The notes below the pieces were generated by a model, which saw nothing but the letters and a program-made list of their open reading frames with translations, searched no databases and had not been told where the DNA came from. The translations under genes were made by a program, and so were the position numbers. This document shows, in pieces, positions 48,416 through 59,123 of a stretch of DNA of 64,000 nucleotides (positions are counted from its first letter, which is position 1; the number at the start of each line of letters is the position of its first letter). This DNA comes from Minisyncoccota bacterium (GTDB lineage: Bacteria > Patescibacteriota > Minisyncoccia > Phycocordibacterales > SBAW01). The DNA lies in the NCBI GenBank assembly GCA_035510635.1, contig DATKGU010000001.1:649-64648 (forward strand), in the 5' to 3' direction.

Positions 48416-49570
48416 ATGACTCAAAAACAAAACGATACCAAAGCTCTTGCTCTCCACAAAAAGCTCCGCGGGAAAATCCGCATCACGCCCGCTCTGCCTA
48501 TCAAAGACCGGGCCACGCTCTCTCTTATATATACGCCGGGGGTCGCGGCTGTTTCAAAGTTTATAACTGGCCCGTCTTCTTATATTGAGCAAGCAAAGCT
48601 TGCTAGAACACACACTATCAAGGGTCGCATGATTGCCGTGATTAGCGACGGCTCATCAGTGCTCGGCCTCGGCAACATCGGCCCCTATGGTGCGCTCCCA
48701 GTGATGGAAGGGAAGGCCGCGCTTTTTAAAACGTTTGCGGATGTCGACGCCTTCCCGCTCGTGCTCGACACGCAACAAGTCGACGAGGTGGTGGAAACCA
48801 TCGTGCGCATCGCGCCTGCGTTTGGCGGGATTAATCTTGAGGATATTAAAGCGCCGGAGTGTTTTGCTATTGAGGCGCGCCTTAAAGAGCGGCTCGACAT
48901 CCCCGTGATGCATGACGACCAGCATGGCACGGCCATTGCGGCGCTTGCGGCGCTCATCAACGCAGCCAAGGTGGTCAAAAAAGATTTTAAAAAATTAAAA
49001 GTGGTTGTCAGTGGTGCAGGCGCGGCCGGCACGGCCATTGCAAAGCTCCTTTTTAAAGCGGGTGTTAAAGATATTATTGTGCTCGACAGCAAAGGTATTA
49101 TCGATGCGTCGCGAGGTGATGCGCACAAAAAAGAACTTGCCGCGTTTACCAACCCGCGCAGTATTGAGGGTGGGCTCACCGATGCGCTGCTTGGTGCCGA
49201 CGCACTCATTGGCGTGTCGGGGCCTAACCTCATGGGTGCCAAAGAGGTGTCGATGATGGCAAAAGGCGCAATTATTTTTGCGATGGCCAACCCCACGCCG
49301 GAGATAACACCCGAGGAGGCGCACAAAGGCGGGGCAGCAGTGGTGGGCACCGGCCGGAGCGACTATCCCAATCAAATCAACAACTCGCTCGTCTTCCCGG
49401 GCGTGTTTCGCGGGGCGCTCGACAACAAAGTGAGCAAAATCACCGATGAGATGAAGCTCAAAGCCGCGCACAACCTTGCCGCGCTGGTCAAAAAGCCCAC
49501 GGCGCAAAAAATAGTACCCGGCGCGTTTGAGAAAGGAGTGGTCGCCGCGGTTGCAAAAGCGATTTGCTAA
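48416..49570 (+). CDS. NAD(P)-dependent malic enzyme
   Basis: YTPGVA, PVMEGKA, INLEDI, HDDQHGTA, NQINN. Confidence 0.93.
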   Translation: MTQKQNDTKALALHKKLRGKIRITPALPIKDRATLSLIYTPGVAAVSKFITGPSSYIEQAKLARTHTIKGRMIAVISDGSSVLGLGNIGPYGALPVMEGKAALFKTFADVDAFPLVLDTQQVDEVVETIVRIAPAFGGINLEDIKAPECFAIEARLKERLDIPVMHDDQHGTAIAALAALINAAKVVKKDFKKLKVVVSGAGAAGTAIAKLLFKAGVKDIIVLDSKGIIDASRGDAHKKELAAFTNPRSIEGGLTDALLGADALIGVSGPNLMGAKEVSMMAKGAIIFAMANPTPEITPEEAHKGGAAVVGTGRSDYPNQINNSLVFPGVFRGALDNKVSKITDEMKLKAAHNLAALVKKPTAQKIVPGAFEKGVVAAVAKAIC

Positions 49571-50676
49571 AACGAGTCGGTTTGCGGAGAGCCTAAGCCG
49601 GTGACGTAGTCGTAATGCATGCGCGCGTCGCAAAAGTATCCGCACGAACCGTTTGAGCCGCTCGTGATATCGCGGAAATATTTGGCATGCTCGCCGGTGG
49701 ATTTGTCGGCGTAGAGCTGCGCATTGGTAACGCCTGAACCAAGCGCCGCAATGGCAGCCCATTGCGGTGCTCCTGCCGAGGTACCGCCCACAGTGTGCCA
49801 CGCGCCTTTAACATAAATAGGGAAGCCGGTGGATGGGTCGGCATCGTAGGCAACGTCGGGTATGGCGCGCATGCCGCCCGCTTTGGGGATACTGTAATTT
49901 TTTTGAAAGGTTGGCTCTTTTTCGTATGCGCTGATACCGCCGCCACTGCCGCTCCACGCGCTCTCGCTTGCAACACTGCCGTTGTTTGTAAGTGCAAGCG
50001 TTGTGCCTCCAACACCAATAACGTTGGGCGAGCTGGCAGGCCACGACGCACCGGCGCCATTATCGCCGGATGACGCAAAAAACGGCGCGCCGCTCGTGCT
50101 CACAAAATGCGAGTCCATCGAAACCTCCTCGGGAAACTCGGCGCCGCCCCAGCTCATCGAAATTGCGGATGCATTTTTAACGCTTGCCGCGTAGTCAACC
50201 GCTTTAAGCAAGTTGGCGCCGCTTGGCGTGGTTGCCTCGACCACTAAAATTTTTGCTTGCGGCGCGACAGCATGCGCCCACTCGACATCGAGCGAGGTTT
50301 CCATCGCCCAGCCGCTATTGCTTGCAATTGAAGCACTCATCGCGTGTTTGGTAAAACAGCCGTTGGCGGTTGTACATGCGGGCAAGTTAAATGCTTTATC
50401 AAACGCGGCGAGGTCGGCCTCGAGCGTTGCATCGTTGTATGCGCCGACGATAACAATCGTGCCGTGGCCGCCGCTTGCGGGGAGGTTGTATGCTTTTTTA
50501 ATTTGGCCCGGCGTCATGCCAACGGGCGTTTTGCTGGTGCCCCCAAGCGTGTGTATCGGCGGCACGCCTTGGTAATTGCTAAAGTGATACGAAGCCTCTG
50601 CCTCGGTGTAAAAAAGAGCCTCTCCCAAAAACAAGCACGTGATAAAAAATAGACCAAAAGCTGTTACATACTTCAT
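49567..50676 (-). CDS. S53 (sedolisin) family peptidase, secreted
   Basis: ETSLDVE, SSGDNG, GGTSAGAP, YDYVTGLGSP. Confidence 0.9.
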   Translation of the reverse strand: MKYVTAFGLFFITCLFLGEALFYTEAEASYHFSNYQGVPPIHTLGGTSKTPVGMTPGQIKKAYNLPASGGHGTIVIVGAYNDATLEADLAAFDKAFNLPACTTANGCFTKHAMSASIASNSGWAMETSLDVEWAHAVAPQAKILVVEATTPSGANLLKAVDYAASVKNASAISMSWGGAEFPEEVSMDSHFVSTSGAPFFASSGDNGAGASWPASSPNVIGVGGTTLALTNNGSVASESAWSGSGGGISAYEKEPTFQKNYSIPKAGGMRAIPDVAYDADPSTGFPIYVKGAWHTVGGTSAGAPQWAAIAALGSGVTNAQLYADKSTGEHAKYFRDITSGSNGSCGYFCDARMHYDYVTGLGSPQTDSF

Positions 50677-50767
50677 GCGCGCGAGCATACCAAGCCTCCT
50701 CGCGATATGCAATATAAGAAAAATAGAGATTATATTTTTCGGGTTTTAGTTCGAATCTCGGCGGGGT

Positions 50768-51400
50768 CTACAAAACTCCGAGAAGATGCGCCGCGACGAG
50801 TGACAACCACATCCACCCCGCAATGATGGAGAGGCGCTGCATGAGACCGCCGACCGAATTTAGGTGGAGCTTAAACGCGAAGCCGAGGCCGGCGAGCGCG
50901 AAGAACACCACGATCGCTATGGCCGAAATCGCCGAGTACAGAGCCCAACCGGAATCACCGGTGCCGGCAAACAAGTTCGCGAATATGACGCTCGCGGCAA
51001 TCAGTGCGGCGAAGACCGGACCCGAAGCTTGGTCGTGCAGAATGCCGCTGCGCGTGCGCTCAGCGCGGCTTGGCCACGCGAGACCTGTAATATCAGTTAC
51101 AAAGGTTCCCGCTGCTATGAGCCCTAAGCCAAATACGGCCACCAACGTTGGTGGCCACCACGAGTTTCCATATGCTGCGAGTGCTACATGCAGGCCGGGT
51201 ACGTATGCGAGCGCTAGAAAGCCGGTGATAAAGAAATTGGCTCGTTGTATCCAGCCGCGTTCGCCGATGGCAAGTGCACTCACTGGCTGACGAAGAGATT
51301 GGTAGCCGGACCGCAGCATTCCTTCGACCAGGAAGACGATAATAAAGAAAGGTCCTATCAAAACACCGCACCAAATCGATAATGTTGTGGCAGTGAGCAT
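50768..51400 (-). CDS. DUF998-like membrane protein
   Basis: Y..LRQPVSALA, FVTD, LH, GLMQR; multiple TM helices. Confidence 0.75.
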   Translation of the reverse strand: MLTATTLSIWCGVLIGPFFIIVFLVEGMLRSGYQSLRQPVSALAIGERGWIQRANFFITGFLALAYVPGLHVALAAYGNSWWPPTLVAVFGLGLIAAGTFVTDITGLAWPSRAERTRSGILHDQASGPVFAALIAASVIFANLFAGTGDSGWALYSAISAIAIVVFFALAGLGFAFKLHLNSVGGLMQRLSIIAGWMWLSLVAAHLLGVL

Positions 51401-51543
51401 GCCGTAAGTGTACCAGTTCCCGAAGTGATCTTTTTCAAGAAAAGTTCGGTGTCCCTTCGCCCTATCTAGATTTCCTAAAAACGTGCTGCGTAACTATGCC
51501 TAAGAATAAGGCTCTCGGGTCTGTCCGATACAAAAGTCTTCGG

Positions 51544-51696
51544 GCGGAGAGGGAGGGAATTTCTCCTTCGACTCAAGTATGCCTCGTCAGGCACACTTGG
51601 TCTAGGCACCCCCTCGCTAAATTTTCTGCTGAAAATTTATGCTCCGGCGTTCGAATCCCTCACGTGATGTACTCAAGTACATCACTCCTCTCCGCA
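51544..51696. repeat. tRNA-Ser 3'-end-derived palindromic element
   Basis: two copies of the tRNA 3' end in opposite orientation flanking hairpins. Confidence 0.65.
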
Positions 51697-51733
51697 TAAG
51701 AAAATAACGCCCTACAGGCGTATTTTCAAACTG

Positions 51734-51820
51734 CGGAGAGGGAGGGATTCGAACCCTCGGTCCAGTTCCCCGGACAACAACTTAGCAGGTTGCTCCATTC
51801 GACCGCTCTGGCACCTCTCC
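51734..51820 (-). tRNA. tRNA-Ser(GCU)
   Basis: GGAGAGG acceptor, GCT anticodon, long variable arm, TTCGAAT T-loop. Confidence 0.93.
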
Positions 51821-52031
51821 GTACCAGTTACCTTACACTAATTTTGGCCGTGGCGCACGCTGAAACAACCTGCTTTTTATTTCTGCCGAGGGACTTTAGC
51901 ACCTGCCTTGCGGGCTTCTGAAAGGCCTATCGCTATCGCTTGTTTGCGGCTCTTTACCTTTTTGCCGCGGGCCCATATGTTGTTGCCATATCTCTAAGTA
52001 TGCAGAGGATTAATAAAACTGTGGTGAAGCT

Positions 52032-52706
52032 TTAAAAAATTCCGGGGACCAGATGCCAGCGGACCTTAGTTTTGTACTCCTGGTAGCCCGATAGATTTTG
52101 AGAAAGAAACTTTTCTTCATCTAACAATCGCCACACAAAACCAAGCACGATAAGAACGCAAGGAATGAGGCCCCAATACGAGCCGAGGGCCAACGTCACC
52201 CCAGGGAAATATAGTATTGCGCATGAGTACATTGGATTCCGCACGATTGCATAAGGGCCGGTAGAGATTACCTTTTGTTCCTTGCTGATTTCTACCGTCG
52301 TGGAACCAAAAGAATTTTCTTTGAATACGCGGTATACCGCCCACATGCTCACTATAATAAGCATGTTACCTATGATGGAGAGCCAAGATGGCACGCTCGA
52401 CCAGCCGAAACGGTGGTCAAGCACTGGCATGATATAGGCGGCGACGCAGAGGAGCCCCAAGCACAACACAATGACTTTCTGGAGGGGTCGTTGCTCTGCG
52501 GTTGGGCCGCCCTTCACTCTGCTTTCGAGGAGTATGGGGTCGCTTACTATGTAGAGCGTAAGGAGTGCGCTGGTAACGAACCCTACCGCAAGATAGGTCC
52601 ACGCCTGCCAATAGTGTATGGTCCCCGCTGCTAGAAATAACGCGGCTCCTATGATCACAAAGCCGACCACAAGCATAACCCACATTTTTGTCTTAGGGTT
52701 TTTCAT
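52032..52706 (-). CDS. isoprenylcysteine carboxylmethyltransferase family protein
   Basis: STGPYAIVRNPMY, EEKFL, GYQEY. Confidence 0.85.
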   Translation of the reverse strand: MKNPKTKMWVMLVVGFVIIGAALFLAAGTIHYWQAWTYLAVGFVTSALLTLYIVSDPILLESRVKGGPTAEQRPLQKVIVLCLGLLCVAAYIMPVLDHRFGWSSVPSWLSIIGNMLIIVSMWAVYRVFKENSFGSTTVEISKEQKVISTGPYAIVRNPMYSCAILYFPGVTLALGSYWGLIPCVLIVLGFVWRLLDEEKFLSQNLSGYQEYKTKVRWHLVPGIF

Positions 52707-52785
52707 GCCCTTACTATACCGCTGTTTTATATTGGCACGTTTCGGCTTTCTTCATCTATTACCGTAAATAATGTATATTTCATAG

Positions 52786-54405
52786 ATGTCCATATTTACG
52801 AATGTTGTCCGCTATGTACGCTCCCTGCCGCTCCAATACTCCGTGGGGGGAGGGGTGCTCATCGTGATTGTCCTCGTCGTTGGAGTCCATCTTATTACCG
52901 GCTCTGCCGCCACTCCGGTGACGCCGCCGCAAATTTCGCACGTCACACTCGCCTCGGTCGCGAGCCTCTCTTCGCAAGCGGGGCCCTTGCCGGTGGTGGG
53001 CACCGTTACCTCGCTCAACCAGGCGAGTATTTTGGCGGAGAGTTCGGGCGAAATAACACTCCTTAATCATCAACTGGGCGACCAAGTAAGCGCCGGCAGT
53101 ATTATTGCCGAGATGGAAAACAGCAGCCAGCAAGCCGCGGTGGTACAGGCGCAGGGCGCCTATGAGGGTGCACAAGCGGCACTTACCAAAGCGCAAGGTT
53201 CGACCGCAGCCAACTCAAGCATCACCTCAACGCAGGCGGCAGGAGCCGCGGCAAATGCGCAAACCTCTGTTACTGCGTCTCTCCACAGCGCGTTTGCGGC
53301 GGCAGATGATGCGGTACATACAAAAGCCGATGCATTATTTAACAACCCGCGCAGCACCTCGCCGACCTTAGTGTCTTTTACGATCCCCGACAGTCAGCTG
53401 GTTACCACGGTTGAGAACGAGCGTTCGACGCTCGACCCGCTCATTGCAAGTATGCAAACCCTCGGCAGTGCAACCAGCACGGCTGATATCGATGCAAGCG
53501 TCACGGCGGCGATCTCAAACGCGCAAACGATAGAGTCGTTTTTAAATGACCTTATTACGGCCATCAACGAAGCGGTGCCAAACCAGTATGAGACGTCGGC
53601 TCAAATCGCAAGCAGCCAAGCAACGCTCTCTGCCGCGCGGAGCGAGGTGGTGGGCGCAGTGTCGAGCCTCACCGCTTCCAAGAGCGCGTACGACAGCGCG
53701 GTGTCCGGCGCGCAAACGGCCACCAACTCTGCCACGGCGGGGACCGGCAGCGACATTGCCACGGCTGAGGCCAATGCAAAGTCGGCGCTTGGCGCACTGC
53801 AAGCGGCCGAGGCCAATCTCGAAAAAACAATTATCCGCTCGCCGATATCGGGCACGATTGTGAGTTTGCCGATTACGCAGGGAGGCTTTGTATCGTCGTT
53901 TGCGCAGGTGGCGCAGGTTTCCAACCCGGGCGCGCTCGAGATTGACACCTATGTCACTGCCGATGATGCCAAAACAATTGCGGTTGGCGGCAAGGCTGTT
54001 ATTAGCGGCACCGTGCAAGGCGTTATTGTTTCGATCGCGCCGGCCATCGACCCGACCACCGGCAAAATTTTGGTAAAAGTCGGCTTGGTGGGGAGCCAAA
54101 GCCAGCTCACCGATGGCGACACGGTGACGCTCACGCTCGCGCGCGCAGTGTCAGCGCCGAGCACCACGGCCGCATCCGCATCATCTGCTTCACTCGTAAT
54201 ACCGATTGTCGCGGCAAAGATAACTCCCACGGGGCCGGTGGTATTTACGGTGAGCTCCTCCACACTTGTGTCGATGCCGATAACGCTCGGTACGATATTG
54301 GGCGACCAGGTCACCGTGCTCAGCGGTTTAACGCCCCAGTCCGACATCGTGACCGATGCGCGCGGGCTTTCCAACGGACAACAAGTGGTCGTGGATACGC
54401 AATAA
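52786..54405 (+). CDS. efflux periplasmic adaptor (MFP)
   Basis: TM anchor, lipoyl halves, long coiled coil, IRSPISG. Confidence 0.85.
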   Translation: MSIFTNVVRYVRSLPLQYSVGGGVLIVIVLVVGVHLITGSAATPVTPPQISHVTLASVASLSSQAGPLPVVGTVTSLNQASILAESSGEITLLNHQLGDQVSAGSIIAEMENSSQQAAVVQAQGAYEGAQAALTKAQGSTAANSSITSTQAAGAAANAQTSVTASLHSAFAAADDAVHTKADALFNNPRSTSPTLVSFTIPDSQLVTTVENERSTLDPLIASMQTLGSATSTADIDASVTAAISNAQTIESFLNDLITAINEAVPNQYETSAQIASSQATLSAARSEVVGAVSSLTASKSAYDSAVSGAQTATNSATAGTGSDIATAEANAKSALGALQAAEANLEKTIIRSPISGTIVSLPITQGGFVSSFAQVAQVSNPGALEIDTYVTADDAKTIAVGGKAVISGTVQGVIVSIAPAIDPTTGKILVKVGLVGSQSQLTDGDTVTLTLARAVSAPSTTAASASSASLVIPIVAAKITPTGPVVFTVSSSTLVSMPITLGTILGDQVTVLSGLTPQSDIVTDARGLSNGQQVVVDTQ

Positions 54406-54411
54406 CTCTGT

Positions 54412-57400
54412 ATGCTTTGGTTATGGAACTTTTTTCTCGATAAGAAACAGTTTAGCTACGTACTCATAGCGTTTTTGGTAGCGGCCGGTTTTTACGCGCT
54501 CGTACAAATCCCAAAAGAAAACTCGCCGTCTATCGACATCCCCTATGCAGCCGTAACCACTACGCTGCCCGGCGCCTCCTCCGCCGACATGGAGACGCTG
54601 GTCACCAACAAGCTCGAGGCGCAGATTTCCGGCATCAGCAATATCGACACGCTCACCTCCGACTCGGTCGACGGCGTTTCCTCGATTGTGGTGCAATTTA
54701 ACGCCAATGCGGACTCAAACCAATCGCTGCAAGACTTGCGCGACGCGGTCTCGCGCGCGGCGCCCGACCTGCCGTCCGACGCCTCGACGCCTTTGGTGAG
54801 CAAGGTGTCGTTTAACGATTCGCCGGTTATCGTGGTCTCGGTCTCGAGCGAATTGCCGCAAAGCGCTCTCTCACAGCTTGGCACCACGCTCTCCGACGAC
54901 CTCAAAAACGTGCAGGGTGTCTCGGAGGTCGACGTTGCCGGCGTGCCCGCGCGCGAGGTTGATGTTGTGGTTAATCAGCAGGCGCTCACACAATACAAGC
55001 TCAGCCTCGTTGGCGTTATCTCCGCAATTTCGGCGAGCAATGCCGCGCTTCCGGCCGGCGCTATCACGATTGATGGCACTAACTACGACGTCAATTTTAA
55101 AGGCGGCCTCACCGACCCCTCGCAAGTTGAAGGCATTGCAGTGGGTTCCAACAACGGCGTCCCGGTGTATCTGCGTGATATTGCGACAATCTCCGACGGC
55201 CTCGCACCCGCAACAACCTACTCGCGCCTCTCGCTTAATGGTAAACCAAGCAACCAGGCCATTACGCTTTTAGTACATCGGCAGTCGGGCGCGAGCATCA
55301 TTGGCGTTGCAAGTGCGGTAAAAGAGGAGGTCACCGCGCTCCAAAAAACGCAACTGTTACAAGGCGCGCAGGTATTTATATCTCCATCGACCGACCAGAG
55401 CATCCAAATTACCAAACAGCTTGGCGACCTCACGAAGACCGGTTTTGAAACCGTGGCGCTGGTTATCATTGTGCTTCTCATCACGATAGGGTGGCGCGAG
55501 TCGCTCGTGGCAGCCTTGGCCATCCCGCTCTCGTTTCTCATTTCATTTATTGGGCTCTACATCACCGGCAACACCCTCAACTTTATCTCGCTCTTTGCGC
55601 TCATTTTGGCGGTGGGCATTTTAGTCGACTCCGGCATCGTGGTCACCGAGGCCATACACGCGCGCATGCGGATTTATAACAATCCACTGCTCGCCGCGCG
55701 CGCCGCGCTCCATGACTATGCATGGCCCTTGATTGCGGGCACGATGGCAACGGTGGCCGTGTTTGCACCGCTCTTTTTTATCTCCGGCATCATCGGCAAA
55801 TTTATTGCGGGTATTCCGTACACGCTCATCTTTGTGCTCATGGCCTCTATCTTTGTGGCGCTCGGCATCGTGCCCTTAATTGCGGTGCTGTTTACCAAGC
55901 CGCACTCCAACCGTCTTGAGCAAAAACAAGAGGAGTATACCGAGCGGCTCACCTTGTGGTACAAGCAAATGTTGCGCCGCGTGCTCAACCACCGCCGCTA
56001 TCAAAATATATTTTTGTGGACACTTTCCATATTGTTTGTGCTCTCGCTCTCGCTGCCATTTGTCGGGCTCATACAGTCGGTGTTTTTCCCGCAGAGCGAC
56101 GAAGACTATGTATACATCAACATCGAGAAGCCCGAAAACACGAGCCTCGCAGAGACCGACCTCGCCACGCGCGAGGTCGAGGAAATCCTCTATACCGACC
56201 CGGACATTCAATCATTCCAAACAACGGTGGGGCAGAGTTCATCGCTCTCCGGCTCGGGCTCCTCAGGCAGCAATCAGGCAAACATTACGGTAAACCTCTT
56301 TCCCGGGCACAAAAAATCATCAACACAAGTGGGCAACGAGCTCGAGCAAAAACTTGCACCGATTACCGATGCAAACGTCCAGGTCTTGCAATCAAGCAAT
56401 GGTCCCAGCTCTGGCGCGCCTATCCAAATACAGTTTGAGGGCGCCAACCTCGACGAGCTCACCGCGGCAGCCGACAACGGCAAACAATTGCTCGCCACTA
56501 TCCCGCATGTCACCAACATCACTGCCAGCACGCAAAACAACGGCACTGAGTTTGACCTCTCAATTGATAGGGCAAAAGTTGCCGCCGCCGGGCTCTCGAC
56601 ACAAACCATAGCGCAAACGCTGCGCGCCGCGGTGCAAGGCACCAAGGCCACCTCAATCCCCGAGCTCAGCCAAGACATCGACGTGATGGTAAAACTTAAC
56701 CTCAATCCGGCGTACACCGATCCATCGCAGACGACTGTTACCACGCTCGACTCGATTGATAACATCGCGGTTCAAACTCCCTCGGGCGGCTCTGTCCTCC
56801 TCGGGAGCCTTCTCAACAGCAATCTTGGGGCAAGCAGCGCCGACATTGCGCACAAAGATAAAAACCGCATCGAAACCGTCTCGGCCTATCCGGACGACAA
56901 AACTACCACGAGCGCCGTGGTGGCGCAGTTCCAAAAGAGGATAGGGGAGCTCCACTTGCCGGCTGACGTGTCGGTGTCGTATGGCGGCGAAACGCAAGAT
57001 ATCAATCAATCGTTTACCGAAATGTTTGTGGCGCTCATCGCGGGGCTTGTGCTCATGTTTATGATTTTGGTGATTTCGTTTAACTCAATCCGCTACACGC
57101 TCTATCTCTTGCTTATCGTGCCGCTCTCGCTCATCGGCGTGCTCGACGGCCTCGCGCTCACCAACCAGCCGATATCACTCACCTCGCTCCTTGGCGTCAT
57201 CGCGCTCGGCGGCGTCATCATCAACCACGCCATCATCCTCATGGACTCGATGATTCATCATCTGCGCGCCGAGCCCACCAAACCCATCATCGACATCGTG
57301 GTCGACTCGGCCGCAACAAGGCTGCGCCCCATTGTGCTCACCACCGTGACCACGATTGTCGGCATGATCCCGCTCGCGGAGTCTAACGCCAGCTGGGGGC

Positions 57401-57513
57401 CGCTCGCGTTTGCGGTGATGTTTGGCCTCGCGTTTGCAATATGCCTCACGCTGGTCTTGGTACCCGTACTTTTCTTTAGAGCGCCGCACAAAAAAGCGGT
57501 CGAGGAGGCGTAA
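54412..57513 (+). CDS. RND (AcrB-family) permease
   Basis: GILVDSGIVVTE, RLRPIVLTT; two TM bundles. Confidence 0.93.
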   Translation: MLWLWNFFLDKKQFSYVLIAFLVAAGFYALVQIPKENSPSIDIPYAAVTTTLPGASSADMETLVTNKLEAQISGISNIDTLTSDSVDGVSSIVVQFNANADSNQSLQDLRDAVSRAAPDLPSDASTPLVSKVSFNDSPVIVVSVSSELPQSALSQLGTTLSDDLKNVQGVSEVDVAGVPAREVDVVVNQQALTQYKLSLVGVISAISASNAALPAGAITIDGTNYDVNFKGGLTDPSQVEGIAVGSNNGVPVYLRDIATISDGLAPATTYSRLSLNGKPSNQAITLLVHRQSGASIIGVASAVKEEVTALQKTQLLQGAQVFISPSTDQSIQITKQLGDLTKTGFETVALVIIVLLITIGWRESLVAALAIPLSFLISFIGLYITGNTLNFISLFALILAVGILVDSGIVVTEAIHARMRIYNNPLLAARAALHDYAWPLIAGTMATVAVFAPLFFISGIIGKFIAGIPYTLIFVLMASIFVALGIVPLIAVLFTKPHSNRLEQKQEEYTERLTLWYKQMLRRVLNHRRYQNIFLWTLSILFVLSLSLPFVGLIQSVFFPQSDEDYVYINIEKPENTSLAETDLATREVEEILYTDPDIQSFQTTVGQSSSLSGSGSSGSNQANITVNLFPGHKKSSTQVGNELEQKLAPITDANVQVLQSSNGPSSGAPIQIQFEGANLDELTAAADNGKQLLATIPHVTNITASTQNNGTEFDLSIDRAKVAAAGLSTQTIAQTLRAAVQGTKATSIPELSQDIDVMVKLNLNPAYTDPSQTTVTTLDSIDNIAVQTPSGGSVLLGSLLNSNLGASSADIAHKDKNRIETVSAYPDDKTTTSAVVAQFQKRIGELHLPADVSVSYGGETQDINQSFTEMFVALIAGLVLMFMILVISFNSIRYTLYLLLIVPLSLIGVLDGLALTNQPISLTSLLGVIALGGVIINHAIILMDSMIHHLRAEPTKPIIDIVVDSAATRLRPIVLTTVTTIVGMIPLAESNASWGPLAFAVMFGLAFAICLTLVLVPVLFFRAPHKKAVEEA

Positions 57514-57586
57514 GACGCGCTCACTGCGTATATGGAGCGCGCGGATATTTGTGCGATACAATAAGCATGGGTTTATATCGCATGAG

Positions 57587-59116
57587 ATGAAAAAATATAT
57601 CTACATAGGTGCTGGTGCGGTAGTAATCCTTGCCATAGTCGGATACTATGCGTTTGCATCTCATGCACCGCGCTATGCCACGGCCGCGGTTGTGCGCGGC
57701 TCTATCACGCAAGAGGCTTCGGCAAGCGGCAATGTCGAGGCGCCCACCACGATTGACCTCCAGTTTCAAAACAGCGGCAGGCTCGTGTCGCTTGGCGTTG
57801 ATACCGGCGCCAAAGTCTCGGCCGGCGAGGTGTTGGCGCGGCAAGACACCTCTATATTGAGCGCGCAATTAGCGCAAGCGGAGGCCGCGGTTGCAACACA
57901 GCAGGCCAATCTTGCCTCGCTTCTCCAAGGTACGCGCCCCGAGCAACTTGCCGTGCAAGAGACGCAGGTGACAAACGACCAGTCTGCGCTCGCGCAGGCA
58001 AACCAAAGCGTGATAAATGCAATCCAAAACGCGTACACGCAGTCGGACGACGCGGTGCACAATAAGGTAGACCAATTTTTTACCAATCCGCAAACTTCAA
58101 CCCCGCAAGTTTCGTTTACATCGAGCAACTCGCAGTTAATCTCTAATGTCATCGCAGACCGGGAGTCGGCGGGAGGGATGTTTCCCGGTTGGCAAACTGA
58201 GGTGGGCTCGCTCGGCACCTCAACTGACCTCTCCGCCGCCATAAGCGAGGCGCAAACAAATCTCACCTCGGTAACGCAGCTGCTCTCCGACGCCAACGCC
58301 GCGCTTAATAATGCCATTGCCGGGCAGAGCGCGAACCAGGCCAGCATAACCGGTTGGATTGCCAATGTGGCGATTGCGCGCGCCAACCTCAATGCTGCAA
58401 TCTCGGCGCTCACGAGCGCGGTGAGCGCCGAACAAGCTGCCGCCTCGGCGCTCGCCAAAGACCAAAAAAGTCTCGCGCTTGAGCAAGCCGGCTCAACGAG
58501 CGCAACCATTGACTCCCAGCAAGCGCAGGTGGTGCAGGCAGAGGCAAGCGTGTCGGTTATTAAAGCGCAAATCGCTCAAACGGAGCTCGTGTCGCCCATC
58601 GACGGCGTTGTAACCGGTGTGACGGGCTCGGTAGGCGAGACAATTTCGCCGAGCGTCGTGGTCGTTTCCATTCTTCCGACCTCCGCATTGCAGGTTAATG
58701 TAAATCTTTCGGAAGATAACATTGCCGGAGTGGCGGTTGGCCAGCCGGTATCCGTGTCGCTCGACGCGTTCCCGAGCATTGTCTGGCAAGGCACGGTAGC
58801 TAAAATAGACCCAGCCGAAACCATCATCGGTGGCGCGGTGTATTACGAAACTACGGTTATGTTTGATCAGCCCGACGCCCGCATTAAAGCCGGTATGACC
58901 GCCAATGTGCTCATCCAAACGGGCGCTGCCTCGAGTACGCTCATGGTTCCTGCAAGCGCCATACAAACCAACGACACAAGCACGTTTGTCGAACAGTATG
59001 AAAACGGAAACATCACCAATCAAACGGTAACCACGGGCCTCAAAAGCCAAAGCGGCATGGTCGAAATAACGTCCGGCCTCTCGGAGGGAGAGCTTGTGGT
59101 GACGGGTGCGCAGTAA
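57587..59116 (+). CDS. efflux periplasmic adaptor (MacA-like)
   Basis: TM anchor, coiled coil, LVSPIDGVV, KAGMTANV. Confidence 0.85.
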   Translation: MKKYIYIGAGAVVILAIVGYYAFASHAPRYATAAVVRGSITQEASASGNVEAPTTIDLQFQNSGRLVSLGVDTGAKVSAGEVLARQDTSILSAQLAQAEAAVATQQANLASLLQGTRPEQLAVQETQVTNDQSALAQANQSVINAIQNAYTQSDDAVHNKVDQFFTNPQTSTPQVSFTSSNSQLISNVIADRESAGGMFPGWQTEVGSLGTSTDLSAAISEAQTNLTSVTQLLSDANAALNNAIAGQSANQASITGWIANVAIARANLNAAISALTSAVSAEQAAASALAKDQKSLALEQAGSTSATIDSQQAQVVQAEASVSVIKAQIAQTELVSPIDGVVTGVTGSVGETISPSVVVVSILPTSALQVNVNLSEDNIAGVAVGQPVSVSLDAFPSIVWQGTVAKIDPAETIIGGAVYYETTVMFDQPDARIKAGMTANVLIQTGAASSTLMVPASAIQTNDTSTFVEQYENGNITNQTVTTGLKSQSGMVEITSGLSEGELVVTGAQ

Positions 59117-59123
59117 GAAGGAC

